A DNA stretch of 54,355 nt, from positions 1-54,355 of the forward strand of contig JACPEQ010000011.1 of the NCBI GenBank assembly GCA_016183435.1. The letters run 5' to 3'. Below the pieces are notes generated by a model. It made no database searches and was not told where the DNA came from. It worked only from the letters and a program-made list of their open reading frames with translations. Below, one piece after another: positions 38,928-46,915 of the stretch. Position numbers and translations under genes: made by a program. Every line of letters begins with the position of its first letter. The stretch's first letter is position 1. Origin of the DNA: Chloroflexota bacterium. GTDB lineage: Bacteria > Chloroflexota > Limnocylindria > P2-11E.

Positions 38928-39521
38928 GTGCCGCGGATCTTCGTCGCGATCCCGCTTCCCGCTGACGTCGCCTCCGCGCTGGACCGGCTCCTCCCGCCGC
39001 TGCCTTCCCTGAGACGTGTCGCTCCGGAGCTGATGCACGTCACCCTCGCCTTCGTCGGCCAGGTGGCGGAGGAGCACGTTCGGGTCGTGATCGACTCGGC
39101 GAAGGTCGCCGCGAGGTCGCATGGCCCCTTCGACATCGAGCTGAACGCGGTCGGGCGGTTCCCCGAGCACGGCCGACCTCGGATCGTGTGGGTCGGGACG
39201 GATACCCGCACGGTGGACGCGATCGTCGGCCTCGGCGCGTCCGTGCGCGCCGAGCTCCTGCGGCATCGGGTCCGGTTCGACCCGAAGCCCCTCCGCGCGC
39301 ACGTCACGCTCGCGCGCGTCCGCGACGACGCCGGCGACGACGACGCGCGAGCGATCTCCTCCGCGCTGGCGCGCGCGTGCGTCGATGGAGCGCTGAGGTT
39401 CACGGCGGCGAGCCTGCATGTGATGGAAAGCAAGCTCTCGGCGACGGGTCCCCCCGGGCGGATCAGAGGCCCGCTGTACTCTTCGCGCGAAGAGGTCCCC
39501 CTTGCGGGACCGCCGAGGTAG
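38928..39521 (+). CDS. thpR: RNA 2',3'-cyclic phosphodiesterase (2H phosphoesterase, LigT/ThpR)
   Basis: Two HxT motifs (HVTLAFVG and HVTLARV) at the correct spacing. Confidence 0.85.
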   Translation: MPRIFVAIPLPADVASALDRLLPPLPSLRRVAPELMHVTLAFVGQVAEEHVRVVIDSAKVAARSHGPFDIELNAVGRFPEHGRPRIVWVGTDTRTVDAIVGLGASVRAELLRHRVRFDPKPLRAHVTLARVRDDAGDDDARAISSALARACVDGALRFTAASLHVMESKLSATGPPGRIRGPLYSSREEVPLAGPPR

Positions 39522-39527
39522 GTAGGG

Positions 39528-39791
39528 ATGTCCGCCGAGCAAGTCCAGGCGATCGTCGACCGCGCCATCGCCGAGGCTCCGTTCCGGGAGCTGCTGTCGC
39601 GCGACCCCGCGACCGCGCTCGCCGAGTACGACCTCACACCCGATGAGCGCGCGAGGTTCGGAAGCGGTACCGCCCGGGCGGAGCGGCTCGAGCCTCGCGT
39701 CTCACGCAACGACCTCTCGGCAGCGCTCGGTGTGAAGACCGGCACCGTGGACATCCGCCCGCCCTCCAAGACGCTGCGACCGGAACGCTGA
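39528..39791 (+). CDS. Small protein with an NHLP/Nif11-like leader-type N-terminal domain
   Basis: MSAEQVQAIVDRAIAEAPFRELLSRDPATALAEYDLTPDERARF resembles RiPP leader-type domains. It is followed by a 40-aa Cys-free polar tail. Third-position GC fits the coding frame. Confidence 0.55.
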   Translation: MSAEQVQAIVDRAIAEAPFRELLSRDPATALAEYDLTPDERARFGSGTARAERLEPRVSRNDLSAALGVKTGTVDIRPPSKTLRPER

Positions 39792-39795
39792 GCCG

Positions 39796-41739
39796 TCAGG
39801 CCAGGCCTGGCTCCGGGCGCCGGCGGGCCTCGACCGCTTCGAGCACGAAGGGCAGGACGAGCATGATCGCGAGGATCACCCCGAGGGCGAGGGCGACGAG
39901 CGCACGGGTGTCGGCGTCCATCGTCGGAGGCAGCACCGTACGTACCACGCTCGGCAGCCCCGCGATCGCCACGGCGCACATGGCGAGGACGTAGGCGATC
40001 GAGGCGACCACGTAGACGAGGGCGCCGGCCTCGCGGCGCGACGCCGGCCGCCGCGGCCGGCCGAGGTCGCCGAACACGGATCGCATCGCCTTGCGGCGGA
40101 GCGCGTTGGTGTCGGTGAGGTCGGCGAGGACGTAGTAGCCGTCGAACTCCAGCAGCGGTGAGAGGTTGAAGACGACGAGGACCACGTTCGTCAGCGCGAG
40201 CCACGCGAGCACGTCCTGCGGCGTGCCGCTCGCGAGCCGCGCGCCGAGGCCGAACACGCCCGCGAGCGCGAGGTTGAACAGCGGACCGGCGGCGTTCACG
40301 CGGATGCGTCCCCAGCGTGGGATCGCCCACGTCGCCGAGGTGTCGACGTACACGACGGGCGTGAACCAGAAGAGGCCGATCCCGGCGCGCCCGAGCCGGG
40401 CGCCCTCCGCCTTCGCGGCCAGCGCGTGCGCGATCTCGTGTCCGACCCCGGCCAGCAGGAGCGCGACGAACGCCACGAGGATCCCGGCGATGCCGAAGTC
40501 CAGCGGTGACGCCGTGCGGAGCGCGGGGATCGCCGCGATGAGGCCGCCGACGCCCAGGGCCGTCGCGCCGATCGCGGCCGGCGCGCTGAACGCCGGCGCG
40601 ACGATCCGCAGCAGCCCGGCGACGAGCCCATCCGGGTCGCCGATCTCGATCCGCGGCGCGAGCACCGCGTCGAGCGCCCGCAGGAGCCGGCCGTCGGGGG
40701 CGTCGGCCGCCATGCGAGGGGCCGTCGCGAATCCCGCGACCTGGAGGGCGGCGACCGTCGAGAAGACCGCGTGCGGGTCGAGCGTTCCGGTGCGCTCGAA
40801 GTGCCGGAGCGAGAGGTCGCGCAGGGTGTGCTCGCCGTCGAGGTCCCGGTAGATCGCGAGCGCCTGGCGGTCGAGCCGCAGGTACGCGCCACGCTCGGGA
40901 TCCTCGAGGATCACCGCGTTCGGGTCGTCGGGTGCGGGCTCGATGCGATGCTCGCCGGTGCGCAGCGGCGAGTGGCGCGCCTGCATGACCGAGGTGACGC
41001 GGTCGAGCAACGCGCGGTGGCGCTTCACGACGTCGCGGACGTCCTCGCCGCTGACGACGAGCGCGTCGACGTCGGTGAGCGCACGCACGGTCGCCGTGCG
41101 GGGCGATCCGGTGAGCGCGGCGATCTCCCCGACCAGCGTGCCCGGTCCGAGGCGCGCCAGCGGCCGCTCGCCGTCGGCGTCCTCTCTTGCGGCCTCGACC
41201 TGGCCCTCGCGGAGGAGCAGCACGTCGTCGCCGCGCTCGCCCTGCCGCATGAGGACGGACCCCGCCGCGAAGCGCTGTGGCCGGAGCCTCGCCCCGAGAC
41301 GCTCGATCTCCTCCGACGGGAGGTCCGAGAACGGTCCCTGGGTGCGGAGGAACCGGCTCGCGCGTCGCGCGTCGGCGAAGGCGTGCAGCGTCCGCGCGAA
41401 GCCCTCGTGCGACGCGACGACCCGGCGGACCTCCCCAGCGTCGATGCGGAGCGCGCGCACCGGCTCGAGCGCCACGACGTCGGCGGAGCGCCGGCGGCCT
41501 TCGAGGACCGCGAGCTCGCCGACGAGGGCCGGCGCGGTCAACGTCGCGAGGACATTCCCGTCCGGAGCGCTGACCCGGACGCGCCCCGCGAGGATCGCGT
41601 AGGCGGCGCGGGGCTCGTCGCCGGCGCGCAGGAGGTGCTCTCCCTTGACCACGCGGATCTCGGGGGCCGCCGCGAGCGCGAGCGCCCCGCGGACCGCCTC
41701 CGGAAGCTCGAGGAAAGGTCCGAAGTCCAAGGCGCCCAT
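39796..41739 (-). CDS. Tandem cyclic-nucleotide-binding domains fused to an M50 (site-2 protease) membrane metalloprotease
   Basis: Two cNMP blocks (GELAVLEGRRRSADVVA and GEIAALTGSPRTATVRA), then TM helices with HEIAHAL (HExxH) and NLSPLLEFDGYY (NxxPxxxxDG). Confidence 0.85.
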   Translation of the reverse strand: MGALDFGPFLELPEAVRGALALAAAPEIRVVKGEHLLRAGDEPRAAYAILAGRVRVSAPDGNVLATLTAPALVGELAVLEGRRRSADVVALEPVRALRIDAGEVRRVVASHEGFARTLHAFADARRASRFLRTQGPFSDLPSEEIERLGARLRPQRFAAGSVLMRQGERGDDVLLLREGQVEAAREDADGERPLARLGPGTLVGEIAALTGSPRTATVRALTDVDALVVSGEDVRDVVKRHRALLDRVTSVMQARHSPLRTGEHRIEPAPDDPNAVILEDPERGAYLRLDRQALAIYRDLDGEHTLRDLSLRHFERTGTLDPHAVFSTVAALQVAGFATAPRMAADAPDGRLLRALDAVLAPRIEIGDPDGLVAGLLRIVAPAFSAPAAIGATALGVGGLIAAIPALRTASPLDFGIAGILVAFVALLLAGVGHEIAHALAAKAEGARLGRAGIGLFWFTPVVYVDTSATWAIPRWGRIRVNAAGPLFNLALAGVFGLGARLASGTPQDVLAWLALTNVVLVVFNLSPLLEFDGYYVLADLTDTNALRRKAMRSVFGDLGRPRRPASRREAGALVYVVASIAYVLAMCAVAIAGLPSVVRTVLPPTMDADTRALVALALGVILAIMLVLPFVLEAVEARRRPEPGLA

Positions 41740-41900
41740 CGCGGACCGCAGCGTAGGACCGGCGGACGTCCGCCGGCCCGCTCACACCGTCGCTCCCGGA
41801 TGTTCGCGACCGACGTGGGAAGGGCGAGAAGTGGGCATCTTGTCCATTGCGGCGCGAATTCCGACCGTTAGACTCGGAAATACCTCAAGGGGGGGTGCCG

Positions 41901-42632
41901 ATGCGTCTGATCACCGCAGCGCTCCCGCGGCGCCGGGAGCGCACCGCCGACCCGTACCGCGACATCGACGTCATCGATGCCTACGCGCCACGCACCAACC
42001 AGAGCGTGGTCGGCCTGGTGTCGCTCGTCGCGGTCCTCACGGGATGGTGGCCGCTGCTGTGGGTGGTCGCGGCGCAGCTCGCGATCGGCCTGACGTTCGG
42101 CCGCCGGTACTGCGTGCCGTGCCTCCTGTACTTCGAGATCGTCCAGCCGCGCATCGGTGAGGGTCCGATCGAAGATTCTCGTCCGCCACGCTTCGCGAAC
42201 ATGGTCGGCACCGTCTTCCTCGGCGCGGCGAGCCTGGCCTATGGCCTCGGCGCGCCGGTCGCCGGCGCGGCCCTCGGCCTGATGGTCGCCGCGCTCGCGC
42301 TGCTGGCGGCAGCGACGGGCCTCTGCGTCGGCTGCGAGATGTACAAGATCGTCGCGCGCCTGCGAGGCATCGGCCACCGTCAGTTCGACCGCATCGACCT
42401 CGCGCAGATCGGCGTGGGCGACGTGACGGGCGAGATCGTCGTGGAGTTCACGCATCCGCTGTGCACCGATTGCCGGCAGCTGGAGCGCGAGCTGCGCCAT
42501 GCCGGCCGGCGCGTCGTCACCGTCGACGTCTCGCGCCGCCCCGAGCTCGCGCGCCGCTACGGCATCGCGTACGTCCCGACGGCGGTCGCCGTCGACGCGA
42601 CGGGATCGGTGACCGCCCGCATCGCGGGATGA
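41901..42632 (+). CDS. DUF4395 membrane domain fused to a thioredoxin/glutaredoxin-like CxxC domain
   Basis: ATG 41901 is preceded by aaggggggg. DUF4395-like features are IDVIDAYAPRTNQ, CVPC and CVGCEMY; the C-terminal part has FTHPLCTDCRQL ... YGIAYVPT. Confidence 0.7.
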   Translation: MRLITAALPRRRERTADPYRDIDVIDAYAPRTNQSVVGLVSLVAVLTGWWPLLWVVAAQLAIGLTFGRRYCVPCLLYFEIVQPRIGEGPIEDSRPPRFANMVGTVFLGAASLAYGLGAPVAGAALGLMVAALALLAAATGLCVGCEMYKIVARLRGIGHRQFDRIDLAQIGVGDVTGEIVVEFTHPLCTDCRQLERELRHAGRRVVTVDVSRRPELARRYGIAYVPTAVAVDATGSVTARIAG

Positions 42633-42636
42633 CCCG

Positions 42637-43107
42637 CTAGGCCGAGGCGCGGCCCCGGGCGCCGATCGCCAGCGTCGCCACCGCGAGCCGCTGGCCCCGC
42701 CGGCGGATCCGGGGTGGCATCACGATGCCGCGGCGTCGGTAGTGCGCGAAGGCGTAGCGGTCGCACTGGACCTCGGCGGCGGTGCCCCACCCGTGCACGA
42801 GGTACAGCCAGTAGTGGCAGTACTCGTGGAGGTAGAGGAACCGCATGACGTCGCGCCGGGTGCGGAGCTGCACCAGCGGCCGCCCCCAGGACCCGAGATC
42901 GACGACCTCGGCGAACGGGACGAACGGCTCCGGCACCTGGATGACCATCTCCGGCCGGTCCCAGAACGTGAACGCCTGCAGGTGCGGCCGGGTGCGGTAC
43001 CGGAGCGACTTGACGGTCAGCCGGTAGCCCGTCGCCATCGGCAGGCCGCCCAGGACGTCCCGGACCCGCCCCGCGGGGTGGCTGGGCAGCGTCGATCGGA
43101 CGGCCAT
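42637..43107 (-). CDS. Hypothetical protein with an HExxH metallopeptidase-like motif
   Basis: 156 aa with LYLHEYCHYWLYLVHGWG. An alternative start is ATG 43038. The longer track ORF upstream is Arg/Pro-rich and overlies the T-box leader. Confidence 0.5.
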   Translation of the reverse strand: MAVRSTLPSHPAGRVRDVLGGLPMATGYRLTVKSLRYRTRPHLQAFTFWDRPEMVIQVPEPFVPFAEVVDLGSWGRPLVQLRTRRDVMRFLYLHEYCHYWLYLVHGWGTAAEVQCDRYAFAHYRRRGIVMPPRIRRRGQRLAVATLAIGARGRASA

Positions 43108-43262
43108 GGGGCCGAGCGGGCGACCTGGGCCCTGGCGGGCTGGGGCGATGGCCACGGAGCCAATGTACGGACGGGGCTCGCGCGTCCGTTCCTGGTGGCT
43201 GGGGCCTCCTTCCTGGTCCGCCCCCGACCCCTGCGAAATGGCCGAAAAGGGGCTCGGACGCC

Positions 43263-43292
43263 TTGCCTGATGGGCGGGATCGGTCATACCAT
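43263..43292 (+). promoter_or_regulatory. Candidate sigma-70-type promoter for the T-box leader
   Basis: TTGCCT (43263-43268), an 18-nt spacer and TACCAT (43287-43292). This would place the transcript start at the base of Stem I. Confidence 0.3.
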
Positions 43293-43465
43293 CGCCACCA
43301 GCGTCGCTCGAGCGGGAGCGAGTAGCCCGGCGGAGGCCGTTCAGAGAACCCCGGCTGGTGCGAAGGGGGACGGCGGAGCCAGGCGAATGGGTCCCGCGAG
43401 ACGCCGCCTCGAACGCGCAAGCCAGTAGAGGCGGCCGGAAGCCCTCCGTTACCTGGGCATCCGTA

Positions 43466-43556
43466 CCCCCCGGGCGCGCGGACCGAGGCGCGAAGCGACG
43501 AGGTCGAGCACCCGGGCCAAGCGAGCGGGTCTCCCGCGAGCGAGGTCGGAACAAGG
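43466..43556 (+). repeat. Dispersed repeat family, copy E3 (inside the T-box leader)
   Basis: ccccccgggcgcgcggaccgaggcgcgaagcgacgaggtcgagcacccggg ... gcgagcgaggtcggaacaagg. It is about 80% identical to E4 by eye. Confidence 0.75.
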
Positions 43557-43598
43557 TCCTCGGCGCGAGCCGTGGACGAGTTCGGGTGGCACCACGAG

Positions 43599-43634
43599 CC
43601 CTCGTCCCGAAGGTGGGGCGAGGGTCTTTGTTTT
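43599..43634 (+). terminator. T-box attenuator (intrinsic terminator) upstream of trpE(G)
   Basis: 10-bp stem ccctcgtccc/ggggcgaggg (one G:U) with loop gaaggt, followed by tctttgtttt. It lies 19 nt before the trpE(G) ATG. Confidence 0.8.
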
Positions 43635-43652
43635 CGCGGAGGTGGTGCGCAG

Positions 43653-45875
43653 ATGGCGGTCATCGCGGAGGCAGGGCAGCGTTCGCTGCGGTACCGGACG
43701 CGCGGTGGCGTCGAGGTCCAGCGGCTGACCACGCCGCTGCCCGTCGCCGGCGCGATCGAGCCGATCGTTGACGCCCTGGACGAGCACCTGGGGGTGCTCC
43801 TGGCGTCGAGCTATGAATACCCCGGCCGCTACACGCGCTGGGATATCGGCTTCATCGACCCTCCGCTCCAGCTCGTGACGCGCGAGCGGTCCTTCGCCGT
43901 CGATGCGCTGAACGAGCGCGGACAGGTGCTCGTGCCGTCGATCGCCGAAGCCATCGCCGGCCTCGAGGCGGTCGAGGATCTCGAGGTCTCGGCGGCGCGC
44001 CTCCGCGGGCGGATCCGGGAGCCCGAGCGCCGGTTCGCCGAGGAGGAGCGCAGCAAGCAGCGGTCGGCGTTCTCGCTGGTGCGCGGCCTCGTCGACCTCT
44101 TCTGGTCGGCGGAGGATCCCCATCTCGGCCTGTATGGCGCGTTCGCCTACGACCTCGCGTTCCAGTTCGAGCCGATCCCGTACGGCCTGCCGCGGCCCGC
44201 GGACAAGCGCGATCTGGTGCTCTTCCTGGCGGACGAGCTCGTCGTCGTCGACCACACGCGCGGCGTCGCGGTACGCCATGAGTACGAGATGTCCGCCGGC
44301 GGCCGCTCGACGCGCGGACTGCCGCGGACCGGCGTGCGCGTCCCGTTCCGGACGGCCGAGTCGGTCGATCGTGCGAGCGATCTCGAGCCCCGCGAGTACG
44401 CCGTGACGGTGCGCCTCGCGCACGAGGCCTTCCGGCGTGGCGACCTCTTCGAGGTCGTGCCCGGCCGGACGTTCTTCGAGCCGTGCCGCGTCCCGCCGTC
44501 GGAGCTGTTCCGCCGCCTGCGCGAGCGGAACCCGGCGCCGTACGGGGCTCTGATGAATCTCGGCCGAGGTTGGATGGACTTGGGTGCGGGGGAGCATCTC
44601 GTGAGCGCCTCGCCGGAGATGTACGTCCGCGTGGACGGCTCGCGCGTGGAGACCTGCCCGATCTCGGGCACGATCGCCCGCGGCAGCGACGTCATGGGCG
44701 ACGCCGAGGCCATCGTCGAGCTGCTCAACTCGGAGAAGGACGAGTCGGAGCTCACGATGTGCACCGACGTCGACCGCAACGACAAGTCGCGCATCTGCGT
44801 TCCCGGCAGCGTCCGGGTCATCGGGCGGCGGCAGATCGAGATGTACTCGCGCGTCATCCACACGGTCGACCACGTCGAGGGGATCCTGCGCGAGGGCTAC
44901 GACGCGATCGACGCGTTCCTGACGCACGCGTGGGCCGTGACCGTGACCGGCGCGCCGAAGCTGTGGGCCATGCGATTCATCGAGGAGCGCGAGCGCTCGC
45001 CCCGCGGCTGGTACGGCGGCGCGATCGGGTTCGTCGGGTTCGACGGGAACATGAACACCGGGCTCACGCTGCGCACCATCCAGGTGAAGGATGGCGTCGC
45101 CAGCGTCCGCGCCGGCGCCACGCTCCTCATCGACTCCGATCCCGACGCCGAGGAGCGGGAGATCGACCTGAAGGCCGCCGCGTTCCTCGACGCGATCCGC
45201 CGGCCCCGCGGCACGACCGCCGTGCGGGCCGCCGCCGCGCATCCCGGGGCGGGACGCCGCGTGCTGCTGGTGGATCACGAGGACTCCTTCGTCCACACGC
45301 TCGCGAACTACCTGCGGCAGACGGGCACCGACGTGCTCACGGTCCGCGCGGCCACGCGCGAGCGCCTCGAGGAGGTCATCCGCTCGTACCGCCCGGACGG
45401 GATCGTCCTGTCACCGGGCCCCGGGCGGCCCTCCGACTTCGACGTCGCGGGCGCGGTCGACGCCGCCGTGAGCGCGGAGATCCCGCTCTTCGGCGTGTGC
45501 CTGGGGCTCCAGGGCATCGTGGAGCGCTTCGGCGGCGAGCTCGGTGTCCTTCCGTACCCGATGCACGGGAAGACCTCGGAGATCAGCGTGCTCGGCGGCG
45601 CGATCTTCCAAGGCCTGCCGCGCACCTTCCGCGCCGGCCGCTATCACTCGCTGTACGCGGTGCGGGAGACGCTGCCGCGGGAGCTGCGGATCACGGCCGT
45701 CGCCGACGACGGCGTGATCATGGCGATCGAGCACGAGCGCCTGCCCATCGCCGCCGTGCAGTTCCACCCGGAGTCGATCCTCACGCTCAAGGACGAGGTC
45801 GGGTCGAAGATCGTCCACAACGTCGTCGCGCGGCTGATCGGTGGAGGACCAGTGATAGGGAAGAGCGGAGATTGA
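43653..45875 (+). CDS. trpE: Fused anthranilate synthase TrpE(G) (component I plus glutamine amidotransferase)
   Basis: ATG 43653 is preceded by ggaggtgg. The TrpE blocks are SSYEYPGRYTRWDIGF and GWYGGAIGF. The C-terminal GATase has VLLVDHEDSFV, GVCLGLQ and HPES. Confidence 0.9.
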   Translation: MAVIAEAGQRSLRYRTRGGVEVQRLTTPLPVAGAIEPIVDALDEHLGVLLASSYEYPGRYTRWDIGFIDPPLQLVTRERSFAVDALNERGQVLVPSIAEAIAGLEAVEDLEVSAARLRGRIREPERRFAEEERSKQRSAFSLVRGLVDLFWSAEDPHLGLYGAFAYDLAFQFEPIPYGLPRPADKRDLVLFLADELVVVDHTRGVAVRHEYEMSAGGRSTRGLPRTGVRVPFRTAESVDRASDLEPREYAVTVRLAHEAFRRGDLFEVVPGRTFFEPCRVPPSELFRRLRERNPAPYGALMNLGRGWMDLGAGEHLVSASPEMYVRVDGSRVETCPISGTIARGSDVMGDAEAIVELLNSEKDESELTMCTDVDRNDKSRICVPGSVRVIGRRQIEMYSRVIHTVDHVEGILREGYDAIDAFLTHAWAVTVTGAPKLWAMRFIEERERSPRGWYGGAIGFVGFDGNMNTGLTLRTIQVKDGVASVRAGATLLIDSDPDAEEREIDLKAAAFLDAIRRPRGTTAVRAAAAHPGAGRRVLLVDHEDSFVHTLANYLRQTGTDVLTVRAATRERLEEVIRSYRPDGIVLSPGPGRPSDFDVAGAVDAAVSAEIPLFGVCLGLQGIVERFGGELGVLPYPMHGKTSEISVLGGAIFQGLPRTFRAGRYHSLYAVRETLPRELRITAVADDGVIMAIEHERLPIAAVQFHPESILTLKDEVGSKIVHNVVARLIGGGPVIGKSGD

Positions 45876-45880
45876 ACGAG

Positions 45881-46915
45881 ATGGACGCGATCGCGGCGCT
45901 CGGAGCGATCATCGGTGGGCGGACGCTCACGCGCGAGGAAGCGCGGGCGACGATGGCGTCCGTGATGGCCGGTGAGGCCACGGCGGCGCAGCTCGGCGCG
46001 CTCCTCGCGACGCTGCACCTGCGCGGCGAGACGGTCGACGAGATCGTCGGGTTCGCGGAAGCGATGCGGTCCGCCGCCGTCCCGGTGCGCCTCGCGGGTG
46101 AGGCGGTCGACATCGTGGGCACGGGCGGATCGCGGATCGACCCGTTCAACATCTCGACCGTCTCGAGCATCGTCACGGCCGCCGCGGGCGGGAAGGTCGC
46201 GAAGCACGGGAACCGCGCGGCCACGGGCAAGTGCGGGAGCGCGGACGTGCTCGAGGCCCTCGGCGTGAAGATCGACCTTGGCCCGGAGGAGGCCGCCCGG
46301 TGCGTCGACGAGGTCGGCGTCGCCTTCCTGTTCGCGCCGCGGTATCACCCCGCCATGCGCCACGCGAGCCCCGTCCGGCGCGAGATCCGCATCCGCACGG
46401 TCTTCAACATCCTGGGGCCGATCTCGAATCCCGCAGGCGTGCGCCGCATGGTCCTCGGCGTCGCCACGCCACAGGTGGGCGAGAGCATCGCTCGCGCTCT
46501 CGGGGAGCTCGGCGCGGACCACGTCATCGTCGTCCACGGCGAGGACGGCCTCGACGACATCAGCCCGACGGGACCGACCCGGACGTGGGAGCTGCGCGAC
46601 GGATCGCTGACGATCGGGACGATCGAGCCCGCGGCGCTCGGCCTGCCCGTGGGCACGGTCCTCGACATCCAGAGCGGCGACGCGGCGGCGAACGCCGCGA
46701 CGGCGCGTTCGGTGCTCGGCGGAGAGACCGGAGCGCGGCGCACGGCGGTGCTGCTGAACGCCGGCGCCGGCCTCTTCATCGGTGGCATCGCGGAGAGCCT
46801 GCGCGAAGGCGTGCTGCTCGCGGCCGCCGCGATCGACAGCGGCGCGGCGACGGCGACCCTCGACCGCTTCGTCGAGACCAGCCAGCGGCTCGGGTCAGCG
46901 GCGGCGACCGCATGA
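45881..46915 (+). CDS. trpD: Anthranilate phosphoribosyltransferase
   Basis: [29 protein letters not shown] and LGPISNPAG blocks. Confidence 0.9.
   Translation: MDAIAALGAIIGGRTLTREEARATMASVMAGEATAAQLGALLATLHLRGETVDEIVGFAEAMRSAAVPVRLAGEAVDIVGTGGSRIDPFNISTVSSIVTAAAGGKVAKHGNRAATGKCGSADVLEALGVKIDLGPEEAARCVDEVGVAFLFAPRYHPAMRHASPVRREIRIRTVFNILGPISNPAGVRRMVLGVATPQVGESIARALGELGADHVIVVHGEDGLDDISPTGPTRTWELRDGSLTIGTIEPAALGLPVGTVLDIQSGDAAANAATARSVLGGETGARRTAVLLNAGAGLFIGGIAESLREGVLLAAAAIDSGAATATLDRFVETSQRLGSAAATA

Larger units (their letters stand above)
43301..43640 (+). promoter_or_regulatory. T-box riboswitch leader, tryptophan-specific (specifier UGG)
   Basis: Stem I spans 43301-43404. It has an AGUA/GAA S-turn flanking the specifier TGG (43388-43390), an AG bulge tcAGAGAa (43341-43348) and a distal loop ggcuGGUGcGAA. 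The T-box core GGGTGGCACCACG lies at 43584-43596; UGGC would pair with a G73-CCA acceptor end. Antiterminator strands ggacgag/ctcgtcc compete with the terminator. Confidence 0.8.

Noticed and set aside
41855-41875. A reverse-orientation copy of the dispersed repeat (ttccgaccgtt matches the complement of cggtcggaa).
   Set aside because: Only 9-11 nt match, with no flanking similarity. This is compatible with chance in GC-rich DNA.
43108-43460. Possible RNase P RNA, tmRNA or SRP RNA, prompted by cagagaaccccggctgg (like the RNase P ACAGAACCCGGCU) and ccaggtaacgg on the opposite strand.
   Set aside because: The other universal RNase P blocks (GAGGAAAGUCCGGGCUCC and so on) are absent on either strand, and the tmRNA and SRP signatures do not fit. 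The AGAGA...GGUG segment is fully explained as the AG bulge and distal loop of T-box Stem I.
43572-43652. A Trp-codon leader peptide (MDEFGWHHEPSSRRWGEG...) for ribosome-mediated attenuation upstream of trpE.
   Set aside because: The ORF is in frame with trpE without a stop, and the two Trp codons are not tandem. One of them is the UGG of the T-box core, and the region is better explained by the T-box antiterminator/terminator.
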